In this document: positions 1 to 12,600 of the stretch, piece after piece
Position numbering within the stretch: the first letter of the stretch is position 1
Layout: the number at the start of each line of letters is the position of its first letter
Assembly: GCA_903813345.2 (NCBI GenBank)
Contig: CAIIXF020000001.1
Span: 4,278,001-4,342,000, forward strand
Source of the DNA: Owenia fusiformis
Lineage: Eukaryota
DNA: 64,000 bases
Reading direction: 5' to 3'
The notes under the pieces: generated by a model
Databases searched by the model: none
What the model saw: the letters and a program-made list of their open reading frames with translations, nothing else
What the model was told of the DNA's origin: nothing
Position numbers and translations under genes: made by a program

Positions 1-139
1 GAATAATCTGATTTTAGAGAAATGAAAAGAAAAATGTCCACACCCTACACAAAATATTTATGGTTCCCCGGGAATACGTATGTGCTGCTTGTATATTAGA
101 ATCGTATTCCAGTTACAGAAAGAAGTACATATCATGCTA

Positions 140-3100
140 AACTATATACAACAGTTATGCACTTGGAGGTTTTGGATACAGGGAATATCCCGAGGGATAT
201 ATAATTCATCTTCCCTTGGTCCCTTCGGTCCCTCGGGAAGATATATTGTATATCCCTCGGGATATTCCCTGTATTCAAAACCTCCAATTGCATAACCCCT
301 ATATATTGGCCAAGGGATAATCCCAATATCCTGAACCGCGACTATAGGATAATATGTTTATCCCATACCAATCTTGGTCATCTGGTTCACATTGTTAAAT
401 CGTGGAAACATTTTAGAATATTCATGTCCAGTTTTGTTTTCTTGGCCGTGGGCGGATTTTCATGTTCTCTCAAATATTCCCATATTTATTTTCTCGAATT
501 TTTATTGATTAAGTGGATGCTCTTTCCCCTTTTTTAACTATCAAACAGACCCTGATTGTCTGTGTTTTCTCCATTGCCGTTTACAGTCATTCCGCGAACG
601 TTACAAATTATGAACAAACATGCAAGCGGCGATTATGACGTAGCGGGCAGATATACTATATCTGCCCGCTTGGAGCGGGACGTAAAGCTTTATCCCATGG
701 TTGCAAGGAGGATATAGATCGAATATCACATGATGATATATTTGATATGTGGATCAAGATATCATATTTTAGCAAACAATTTACAAACCATCGAATATCA
801 CTTTTAAACTATCGAATATCACATCTTAAATAGAGGATATCCTATGATTTATGAGTGATATGATTTTTATCCACGAATGGATATGATATCTGCACGAGTG
901 AGCGTAGCGAGAGAGTGCAGATATCAATATCCATAAGTGGATTAAAATCATATCACGAGTAAATCATAGGATGTTCTTTATATTCCATAGTTAAATTCAT
1001 CATCAGAATCGTCGGGAATTAAGTGATTTAAAACGAATTTTCCAAACGATACGGCGATATTGACACTTAGCCTCGTTTTGAGTCTGAAGTAGCAAAAATC
1101 CATAAACCATGGCATACGGCGCCGTATGTCATGGCTAAAAGGCCCCCCCCTAAAACACCGTATGCTATGGTCAAGTGAAAATTTGCCAAAAATATCATAT
1201 TTTACCACTGATTTCAAAAATACCGTTTTTGTTTTGACATGTTATCCTATGGATATCATGCTAACTATGGAATAATATAGGAATATCCTATGGCTCTGAA
1301 AAAATATCACTTATATCCATGAGAGGATATTGATATCTTCGCCTTTGAGTGCAGCGAATGAGTGAAGATACTGATATCCATGAGTGGATATAAGTGATAT
1401 TTTTGAAAAAACATAGGATTGTCCGTTTATCCCATTGGGAATTATTATCCAGCGAACATTGAATAGTCAGATAAATTGCAATGGAAATTCCATTTGGTCT
1501 GACATTTTGATTGCGATAATTCAACGAACGTCATATACGTGACGTAACAGAGTGGTTTGTATTTAATGCGAACGCCGTAAAAACAAGATCCCAAAAAATA
1601 AAAATATATAATAAATATATAAACAATCGTTTTGCTGAATTAATAAAAAAAATTGAAAAAATCAAAACCATCGAATATCACTTTTGAAATCATCGAATAT
1701 CACTTTTGAAACCATCGAATATCACCTTTCAAAAAGTGACATTCGATGGTTTCAAAAGTGATATTCGATGATTTGGGAATTGTTTGCTAAAATATGATCT
1801 TCATCCACGTATCAATTATATCTTCACGTGATATTCTATCTATATCCTTGTAACCATGGGATACATAAGGGTTATGTACTGGGGGGTTTTGGATATGGGG
1901 TTTTTCCAGAGGGAGATATGCATATCTACCTGAGGGACCGTAGGGACAGAAAGTAGATGTGCATATCTCACGAGGGATGAACCCAATATCCAAACCGACC
2001 GTACATAACTGCTTTATCCTATACCAAGTAGAGTTTTCAGTAGTACAAGGTGTAAAAAATAAACAAATCATTCATATGCAAAGTCATTTTATTGCATTTC
2101 CACTTTTTTTGGAAGCGGGAAGATACGCCCCGAAGCGGGAAGATATGCACCGAAGCGGGAGATATGACGGGAGATATGGAGGTTCTTGATATGGAAACCT
2201 CTTAAATCAGGATACGGGATATATCTTACCAACTTATCTCCCTAAAACCCTACTTGGCATAGGATAAATCAAGATAATTTCTACTCGCATCTAGTCTATT
2301 CCACATATTTGGGAAAAGTGTACAGGAAAATCTCCATGTTCAATTGATGTATGATCAATATATACGAATCGAATGTATTCTCGTGTGCATTACAATATCC
2401 ACATTGAAACATTTTTGGCCTGCAATGGACGTATAATAAATTAGAATATGAGGCCGTGTTATCATTCTAATGTAAAGTCATGGTATTTACTGTGGTATTG
2501 GGTTGCAAGCTAATATCAGATTCAATGCAAATTAATCATCTAATATCAGATGCGCGATCAGTCCAATAATCTAATTTCAGGTCATCAGTTCGATATCTAG
2601 CATTTGTTCTAACGACACGGTATTACTAGGCTATCATATTATAAATACACACACATATAAAACAATCAAACTGGTACACGATATAAGCACGACTGCTCTT
2701 TCAATTGAGTATAAATGTTGATAAACTTACCCGGAAGCCAAGACATACACGTTTAGACGATGCTATTTTCAGTTCAGTGTAAGAGTAAATGCCCGGATAT
2801 CGAGGCTTTTTCGTGTAAAGTTTTAACCAAGCATCTAAAATCGGGTTATATTGCGTGTAGAATTTATCGATATCAGGGCCGCTACATGCCAGTGAATCGT
2901 GGAATTATTTTTAAATATTCATGTCCAGTTTTTTATTCTTGTCCGTGGCCGGATTTTCCTGTTCAAATATTTGAATATTAACGGGGCATACTGCTCATTC
3001 CCTTCTCTAAAGCCACAAACAGATCGCGATTGCGTTTTTATCCATTGTCGTTTACAATATGCGAACGTTACAAAAAAGAACCAATACGGGAACAGCGATT

Positions 3101-3210
3101 ATGACGTAGCGGGCAGATACGTAAAGCTATATCTGCCCGCTGATGAAAATATAAGTTTTTACACACCGGCTTTATGTACCCGTAACACGTCCAAGTTTAG
3201 GATAAAATGA
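140..3210. mobile_element. Cluster of non-coding hairpin/inverted-repeat elements (possibly non-autonomous Crypton/YR-type)
   Basis: Long imperfect hairpins at about 152-298, 832-977, 1282-1420 and 1866-2010; inverted repeat 691-820 vs 1735-1862; diverged direct copies about 400-670 vs 2897-3141; 22-bp AAACCATCGAATATCACTTTTG repeats. Confidence 0.6.
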
Positions 3211-3226
3211 TACATGTAATAGCATT

Positions 3227-3433
3227 CAGTGATCTCCCCAGCATAAAAGCAAGTGGGTGCAGCACCCACCTGAGATTTTGAAAACAGGGCTGCACCCACC
3301 TGGAAATCCATTTGCACACACTTGAAAATGAGAAAAATCATGAATAATATTGGCATATTTAGACCATTTTTGTCTGAATTGTGAAAATTAGAATTTTACA
3401 CTGACTTGAGAAAAAATCCTGTGGAGATAACTG
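3227..3433. mobile_element. Small MITE
   Basis: TIR CAGTGATCTCC / GGAGATAACTG; GCATT on both flanks. Confidence 0.45.
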
Positions 3434-5250
3434 GCATTGCATCAATATTTGACTGCCTAACAGACATATCATATTCAGTTATCTAACAAAATACAATACT
3501 TCTGCGTATCATTTGTATGTCTATGGTGTTTTATAAGGTCCGTTTTATAACCATTCTGTGTATCATTATATTTCCTTTATATTCTCAAGAGAAAATTGTT
3601 GAATGGCAAAACAGGTTGTGTGGGACATTCCTTTAGTTATGCAATCTGGTTGCTTCGGGTCAAGTTGTGTTCTATTTATTGCTGGGAAATTCTCATGTGG
3701 TAATATTATCTGGATAAGTTATCTGATTTCCTCAACATTATGTGAACTAATGATTACTTTGTCAAATGGTACACTTTAAGCATTTTTATCATAATGCAAA
3801 ATGTGAAATAGAACAACAAAATAAACATGTACAGGAAAATAGATACAACCTGAAATATTTTATTTTGAGCTAAAGTAGTTAGTAACAAAAAAACATGTTT
3901 ACATATCATATATGATGGATTGTTGAGGCACACTGGCTTATTCAGCTTATATCCTGGATTTATATTTTGTATTTACCATGTATTATAGTACATGTTTACA
4001 CATCATATGTGTATATGTATATTTGTGCTTGCATCATTTCTATGTTGGAGGAGGGAGGGAGTAGTTACCTGTTTGGAATCATTGGAAAATGTTTATATTC
4101 TTACACTGATGAAAAATTAAACTTTTCATTTAAAATTACCTTTCAACACTCGCAGCTTGGTATGACGATTGATTATTTCTAAGATGAACTTGACATAAAA
4201 AATGTCGTGTTATAAACACATATTTTTGGTATATCATAAAAGATCTTTGAATCATGTTTCTTTTTAAATTTCAAGAAATATGAGAATTCTCTATATTAAA
4301 TGAAAATTTGTTCTTTTGATTTTTTTTATTTCATACCAAATGTGTTTTTACTTATTGAAAGATTGATTTTTTAGGCATTTTTTAATGTTTTCAAAGGTTT
4401 CCTGTAGTATATTAATTTCAAATTCCACCCTCAAATCTGTTTATGTTTAATACCTTGACAATCGAGGTATTTTATAATCAAGGTATGTTTGCACCATGTC
4501 ATCCTGGAATGTGATTGAGAGTTTGTCATTTAAGTCATGTATCTACCTACATCTCTTAAGAGCTTAGATGATATATTATATTATTAATTATTCACATGGC
4601 ATATGCAAAAGTGAAAATATTTCAAAGTTCAACAACTCTACTGTGAATTGTAAATGTGGATGGTGCCGGGTGGTAGGCTTACATGTATGAAGTCAAAATC
4701 ACATAAACATCAAATTTAGCAGTCGTTACATCTTCACGTTTGGTGTTAAAATGGCTCAAAGTAATTATTGATTTAACAGGAAGGGGATATTTTGGAAATC
4801 TGAGAAATGAAATGATTGTTCTTAACATTTTAAGAAATGAAGAACTTTTAAAATACATCGATGTTTTGAAACAATCCCTTGTATTATCAATACTATCAGC
4901 AAATAGTCTCATGGTTTTCTCATTTATAGAAATTAGAAATATTAATTACCAGTAACCCTGAAATAGGACACACTATAATATTGCTGCTCTTGGTCAAAAG
5001 TAATTCATGGCAACTTGAGCTGACAATATTTCTTATTAATAAAGATCAATATACATCTTAGTTCCAGTCTAAATCTTTCTGATCACACTTAAGCTACAGA
5101 ATAATTACACTTTGTCATTCTTATTTTAATTTTGGTCACCTAATAGATGCGTCATTCTATTATTCTACACTATAATGGGATATAATATTTCTATGGGATA
5201 TCAATGCCCCATCTGGTCTCTCTTGTCTCTACTTAGTGCCTCAGCCATTA

Positions 5251-5431
5251 CAGTAAACCCTATCTTATCCTAACATTACTTGGACTTGTGAAAACTGTGA
5301 TTAGCAGGTTTTAAGGTTTCTGAATATGTTAGTCAATGGGGTAGGGGACAACAAACTTGGGACTGAGATAAGTTGTTCATATTTAGAGCTAATTAGATAT
5401 AAGAGGTGTTTGGAATATACAAGTTTTACTG
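5251..5431. mobile_element. pogo/Tigger-type MITE, degenerate
   Basis: TA|CAGTAAA...TTTTACTG|TA. Confidence 0.6.
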
Positions 5432-5554
5432 TATATATGGTTGCAACATTGTCGTTTTATCTTGTCTTAAAATGTTCATCACAATTTTTCTGATTTAAAC
5501 TGGGAACCACACCCAGTTCCAGGAGACAGTCTTTAAAGGGTGAATTACATTGTA

Positions 5555-5734
5555 CAGTAAAACATGTATATATGAACATTCTCTAATTTGAACATCTCTC
5601 AATGTGAACACTTTTTCATCCCATTTTTAAATCTGCCATAGACTTCCATGTTAGAAAACCTTGAAATATGTGAATATTCGATCTGAACATTTTCGGCCGG
5701 TCCCGGTAGAATTCAGATTAGACAGGTTTTACTG
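5555..5734. mobile_element. pogo/Tigger-type MITE
   Basis: TA|CAGTAAAACATGT...ACAGGTTTTACTG|TA with GAACA subrepeats. Confidence 0.75.
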
Positions 5735-6078
5735 TATAGTGTGATTGATTGCTAGAAGTAGGTTATCTCTATATATTCTTGATTGGTTTTTGTGATATTG
5801 GATGGCCTGATTGACAGTTCAAGGGTAGATATCTTCAAAATTCTTTGAACATGTTGAAATGTAATATAGAGCTTTTTAACTGTCATTTTACAGGCATGTT
5901 ACTTGAGATAAAATACCATACTGATACTGGGTCATTATTTACAAGAACTGATAATATAATGTACCTATATATGGTAGTATTTTATACATGTTTTATTTGT
6001 TTATAACATTTGTTTAAGTGTGTAAGGAAGCCCATTGCCATAATCATAAAGACCACAAGTACAGTGTCCATAGTCTCG

Positions 6079-6944
6079 TTATAATTAAAATACAAAGTAT
6101 GTATGAAGAGACTTTATAGACACCCTGTATTAAAAACACAGTAAAACAGTTGACATGACAATCTATAAATGGTGAATTAGCCATAGTACCAATTCTATAG
6201 GCGCGATAATACTTTGTATCATATTGAATGGTGTTTTTGAGTTTTCATACTTTAACTATTTAGTAGCTTTATAAATAATTCCAGGTGTACTTTGTTGAAA
6301 AAGCCTATGTTATTGTTAACAGTAGTCATATGTAATAATTTTGTAAAAGGAAACCAGCAAAAACTCATAATCACTTTTTTATTGTCGGCCATTTTGGTTT
6401 TTTCCGTCCTAAAATCTTGTCTGTAAAGTCTTGTCTACACGTTTTCAGGTGAACCGTTTGGTAGATCAATTTCAAATTTTCAGGGATGAATCTTAGTATG
6501 AAAATCTAGATCTGATTAGTTTTTTGGCGTTCTGGGTGAATGTCAAGGCAGCCATTTTGGATTTTCGGTCCTAAAATCTTGTCTGTAAAGTCTTGTCTAC
6601 GCATTTCCAGGTGAACCATTTGGTAGATCAATTTCAAATTTTCAGGGATGATTCTTAGTATGAAAATCTAGATCTGATTAGTTTTTTTGGCATTCTGGGT
6701 AAATGTCAAGGCAGCCATTTTGGATTTTCCATCCTAAAATCTTGTCTGTAAAGTCTTGTCTACGCATTTCCAGGTGAACCGTTTGTTAGATCAATTTCAA
6801 ATTTTCAGGGATGATTCTTAGTATTATAATTAAAATACAAAGTATGTATGAAGAGACTTTATAGACACTCTGTATTAAAAACACAGTAAAACAGTTGACA
6901 TGACAATCTATAAATGGTGAATTAGCCATAGTACCAATTCTATA
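6079..6944 (+). repeat. 121-bp direct duplication flanking a 624-bp copy of 8169-8792
   Basis: 6079-6199 matches 6824-6944 with 1 mismatch; 6201-6824 matches 8169-8792 at a constant offset of 1968 with about 6 mismatches. Confidence 0.9.
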
Positions 6945-7627
6945 TAGCCTACAACAAACTCTGGAGTTAATATGATCTGATGAACAAGTTAATAAAAGAT
7001 GAATTTATATTACATTAAAACCTTAGTAGATAACCACAATAACAAAGGTTATAGGAAGTCAGATTTCCATCAAGATTTATGTTATCATTACCAACAACCT
7101 TTGCAATTTCACTAGAATGTTGATTAGTTTTTTGCTGGAAACTACAGATTTTATTTTCCTAATATAGCCCAGTGAGGCAGAACTAGGGCTCTCTCCCAGT
7201 TAATGTACTCTTCTAAATTACTCTCAGAAATCATCATAGAAAATACCAATATGAAGCATGAACAGCAAAAATACATTAAAGCACAGATTGACTACAATGT
7301 TAGTTCAAGTCACGTAAGAACAAAAAGTTGATTGTTTTGTATGAACCAATATATTTTAGAAAGATGTGTTAGAAAACTGTTAATGGTTTAGAATATGACC
7401 TATGCAGACTAGGTTATGTGGTAAATCATTTGTAACTGCAAATGTTGAATGTGAATACAAAATGCCAAATAGCTTTGAAGTAGAAATGGAGAATTCTTGC
7501 ATATGGAATTATAATTGTATATTTTGTCTGAACTTTTGGACACCTGGTTGTTTTATGTTGAATTGTCATATGTTACCAAAAGTTGATTTACGTTGAAAGT
7601 GTTAATTCAATCACTCCATGTTTAATA

Positions 7628-7772
7628 CAGTAAAACCTGTATTTCCGAACACCTTTCTTATCTGAACACTTTTTGATCCTATTCTTTAATCTGCCATAGA
7701 CTAACATGTTGAAAACCATGAAATGTGAACACCTGCCTATATGAACACTTGGTCAGGCTTCTGGTTTTACTG
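7628..7772. mobile_element. pogo/Tigger-type MITE
   Basis: TA|CAGTAAAACC...GGTTTTACTG|TA. Confidence 0.75.
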
Positions 7773-7777
7773 TATTA

Positions 7778-9273
7778 TTATGTCCCCACCACATAGTGTG
7801 GGGCCATATTGTCGTCCTAGGCGCGTCCATCCATCCGTCCGTCTGTCTGTCTGGTTGTCTGTCTGTCCGTCCGTACGTCCGGCAGTTTTCTCCAAAACCA
7901 CTACAGGTATCACCTTCAAATTTTCAGGAATAACTTGTGAGTGCATACAGATGTGGATGAAAAAAAATTAACTCGATAGCTACTTCCTGTCAGCCATTTT
8001 GAGGTCAAATGCTAAAATCCTTGTCTGCAAACTTTAAGAAAAACGGCTTCACAGTTGCTTTTAAAACTTTAACATCTTGTTCAGCTCACTTCATTCTACA
8101 TCTGATTAGGTTTTGGACCTGTTAGCCCAGTCATGTCAGCCATTTTGAATGTCTGAAGAAAAGTTAGCGCGCGATAATACTTTGTATCATATTGAATGGT
8201 GTTTTTGAGTTTTCATACTTTAACTATTTAGTAGCTTTATAAATAATTCCAGGTGTACTTTGTTGAAAAAGCCTATGTTATTGTTAACAGTAGTCATATG
8301 TAATAATTTTGTAAAAGGAAACCAGCAAAAACTCATAATCACTTTTTTATTGTCGGCCATTTTGGTTTTTTCCGTCCTAAAATCTTGTCTGTAAAGTCTT
8401 GTCTACACGTTTTCAGGTGAACCGTTTGGTAGATCAATTTCAGATTTTCAGGGATGAATCTTAGTATGAAAATCTAGATCTGATTAGTTTTTTGGCGTTC
8501 TGGGTAAATGTCAAGGCAGCCATTTTGGATTTTCCGTCCTAAAATCTTGTCTGTAAAGTCTTGTCTACGCATTTCCAGGTGAACCGTTTGGTAGATCAAT
8601 TTCAAATTTTCAGGGATGATTCTTAGTATGAAAATCTAGATCTGATTAGTTTTTTTGGCATTCTGGGTAAATGTCAAGGCAGCCATTTTGGATTTTCCGT
8701 CCTAAAATCTTGTCTGTAAAGTCTTGTCTACGCATTTCCAGGTGAACCATTTGTTAGATCAATTTCAAATTTTCAGGGATGATTCTTAGTATGAAAACCT
8801 AGATCTGATTAGTTTTTTGGCATTCTGGGTAAATGTCAAGGTAGCCATTTTGGATTTTCTGTCCTAAAATCTTGTCTGTAAAGTCTTGTCTACGCGTTTT
8901 CAGGTGAACCGTTTGGTAGATCAATTTCAAATTTTCAGGGATGATTCTTAGTATGAAAATCTAGATCTGATTAGTTTTTTGACATTCTGGGTAAATGTCA
9001 AGGCAGCCATTTTGGATTTTCCATCCTAAAATCTTGTCTGTAAAGTCTTGTTTAACTGTTTGACGGATCAATTTCAAATTTTCAGGGGTGGTTCTTAGTA
9101 TGAAAATCTAGAACTAGCTAATTTTTGGGGATTCTGGGTAAATTTTAAGGCGGCCATTTTGGACTTTCCGTCCTCAAATTGTGTCAGTAAAGTCTTGTCT
9201 ACTCATTTTCAGGATAACCATTTCATGGGATCACCCATTGGTGGGGACATATTGTACACATTTGTGTTCTTGT
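7778..9273 (+). mobile_element. Helentron-associated/Pearl-like (HINE) element with about 5.5 copies of a 162-bp monomer
   Basis: Subterminal IR TATGTCCCCACCA (7779) / TGGTGGGGACATA (9239); (GTCC/GTCT)n microsatellite near 7825-7880; monomer starts at 8356, 8519, 8682, 8844, 9006, 9153; 3' palindrome ACACATTTGTGT. Confidence 0.8.
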
Positions 9274-9526
9274 GTTGTAAATTGCTATGTCACCTCCACA
9301 AGTTGTGACATCATATTGTTTTAGTCTCCAGTTCCCATAGTTCGGTAGTCCCATTTAGTGTCTTTAACATGACATCTCAAACAAATGGCAGGTGGTGACA
9401 TTTTGCATGTTAATGCCTTGTTTCATTATGTTATAATCAGTTAACATTTTTTACAATGAAACATTGAATTGAAGATTATTATTGAATAATGGATGATAAC
9501 GTGATATATCATTTTGTATGTTTCAG

Positions 9527-9648
9527 GTGACACATCGTACAACGAAGGAGGTGATGGTCTTAAAGCTGAACATATCTCCGAGTAACAAACCTAATGTACT
9601 GAGGGAGGTGCAGCTCATGAACAAACTCAACCATCCGAACATTCTCAA
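9527..9648 (+). CDS. TESK: TESK exon ([15 protein letters not shown]...[16 protein letters not shown])
   Basis: tttcag| ... |gtaag; 122 nt; kinase subdomains II-III. Confidence 0.93.
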
Positions 9649-12600
9649 GTAAGAAATCACCTGAATTCCTAAAATGAATTTAATTGTTCCAATGTCATCA
9701 TGAAAAATGTTGAGCCATCCTTATCATTAATATTTATTTGTGAATATTATTTGTTAGACTTCCCGTAGTTTGACAAATTATGTATTTATGGGGGAAGTTT
9801 GTCTCTATTCACGAGGTTTCAGTTTCGTATGGGATATTATTTTTTGTTTCAAGACCCTCCCGATATCAAACCTTCCATTTTAGTCACTTAGGTTAGAACA
9901 CTCTGATATTTAACACATCTTTCTGTTCTGTATTCCTGAATCCGTGGACAAAGCCTCATGTTTAAATGAATTAGCTCTCCTAACTCTTTTAAAATTTAGC
10001 AAAAGTGTACATTTTCAGTTAAAGCAATAGAAATGAAATTGATAGAATGACATGATCTCTCATAACAGGATAAGGATGATATTGAAAAGTTTAAAAAAAG
10101 CAAGCAGATCATATTGGTCAGCATCATTCACAATACTGGGTTTAGGTTCTTTCTCATCATACCTTACTTGATGAAGATGGGCCAACATTGAGGTCTGGAA
10201 GCAATTATGGCAATAAGATAAGAGGCCAGAGGATATCTAGTACTTGGCAAATACCTTTCCTCACAGTAGTAACATATGCTCAAGCCATTGTTGTTTACTA
10301 CACATGATTTCTTTCTATTGGAAAAGACTTCTTGGTTTTGGGCATCTTTACCTACCAAGTACGCAACTGTTACTTAACATCTGTTGTATTATGCATTGGT
10401 ACTCCTTTTTATTATTACCATATTTGGAGGTATAAACATGACCCTCGGCCTCGTGAAATACTTCTGAATAGGGAAATACCTTTCTCTATTTACAGCAATT
10501 TAACGCTATACAAGATATTTAATATTTTATTGTAAACTTTAACTAATCTTTACTCACATTTGTTGGCATTTCTTCAAAAGAGTTTTAATTTTAATACCTT
10601 GCTAACTTCAAAGTTATTGAATTGCAGAAGAAATATGTCCATTGAGATATGGGTGATTTCTATTATAAAATCATTAGAAAAATATTTGTATGTGTTTATT
10701 TCAAGAGTTCTACTTCAATTAGAAAAAAACATTCCTGCTTTGTGTAATACAAATACATCTACATGTAAAACTTGTACATGTACTTTAAATGTTTTGATGG
10801 AGGTCACCGTGATTTCTTAGATTCCTTCCTCGTTGTGTATTTTTCTTTCATTTATAATAATACAGTAAAGCCTGTGACATGGAACACCTCTGTGTGTAGA
10901 ATACTTCCATAAGGAGAACACTTTTCAGAGTCCTTTGACCAAATGATTTAATGTTTAATGACCTTCTGTAAGTAGAACACCTCCTAAATAGAGGATCTAC
11001 AGAGGTAGTAAAGGTGTTCTACTTATACAGGTTTTACTGTGTTTTGACAAAACTGTTTATATAGTTTTGTAATTTGTAATTGTAGGGTAGGGTACCCCTT
11101 TTTTAGAATCAGGGCCAATCAACTACGAGGGCAATTTCAACTATTTCACATCCTGGTTCAGTTAGTTGATGATTGGGCACGTAGGATTGCATTAGATTAA
11201 GTGTAAATAAATCTCTGGCATATTAAATTCTATTATCTGAAGAGATGCTTTTTAATAAACCATTTTATCTCTTTTCTCCCAGTAGGGAGATTGCCTGGTA
11301 TATCAAATTTGTAGAGATGTGTCAATCCATCTCCAATTTAAGGTGGTTGAAACAACTGAAAATTTTTAGAATCAAGATGGTGTCAAAATAAGACTTAAAC
11401 CTTTAGGTCGTGTTTCTCTTTTCTATATGGATGGCAATTTGATAAGTAATTAACCAGTATTTTAAAACGGAGAGTTTAATTTTGATTGATAAAAGATGAA
11501 AAGATATGCAAGTCACAATAAAAATAAATGACCTACTTTTTCTACTCTGTGAGCATGAGACAAAATGAAAGGGATTAGGAATAAAGCATTATCTATATAA
11601 AATATACCTTTACAACCCCAGGGATTGAGTTGAATGAAATACAGTTGAACAAAGCAAATTGACTATCTGGTATTATGAGATAAATTACTCCCTATAGCCA
11701 TGAAACAAAGAATTATTAGACAGATCTGATGATTAGAGGTTGTCACTGTAGTGAGTGGGTATTATGGCTTCTATTGCTTCAACATAGAATTACAGTAAAA
11801 CCTGTCTGAGGGAACAACTTTCTGTGCCTGTCCAACTATCATCATTTGGATGGCCCTTGTTGTTACAAGAATAAGTACAAGGTAACAATGCTTTTATTCA
11901 ATTGATTAATTCTAATATTTTTGTATTTCAGATTTAAAGGTGTTTGTGTACATGAAGGACAGCTCCATGCTTTAACTGAGGTAAGTTCACTCCAATCCCC
12001 CATCACCTAGTGCTCCCAGGGTAAAAAATGACGTGATGTTGTCAACCCCCTGCCATTAAATGTTGCGTGTTTAATGTTGCAGTTATATGTTCAGTATGTA
12101 CTTAAATAAATATGTTGATAAAAAGATACTTTGTATTAAAAATAATTTCCTCTGAGATCATAAACATGACTATTAGTGGGGGGAATTTCGTGGAAAATAT
12201 TTCAAATGGTGAAACAAGCAAATTTATTGGCTTAATCTGTTATTTAAACTATTTGGAAAAATTCTGTCCCTGTGATCAATCAAACTGAACACTATTTCAG
12301 GAAAAAATTCAAGATGGCTGCCGTACATGTGTAATTCGATACAAATGACACTCTAGATTCATATATAGAGATAAATATGGTTTAAAATTATATTAATTCA
12401 GTAGTAAAGCATGTACATTATATCTAGAAATACAGTTACATTCATCAATGAGCTGAATTTGGGCAAAATGACTTTATATAGGGATTCTACAAGGTTCTAT
12501 TTTGGGAGCAGTCTTATTTTGCAACAACTTTAGTCATTAAACTTGTTTTCTTGAATAATGTTGATATTTCATACATAATTCAATCTAATGTTTCAAGTTT

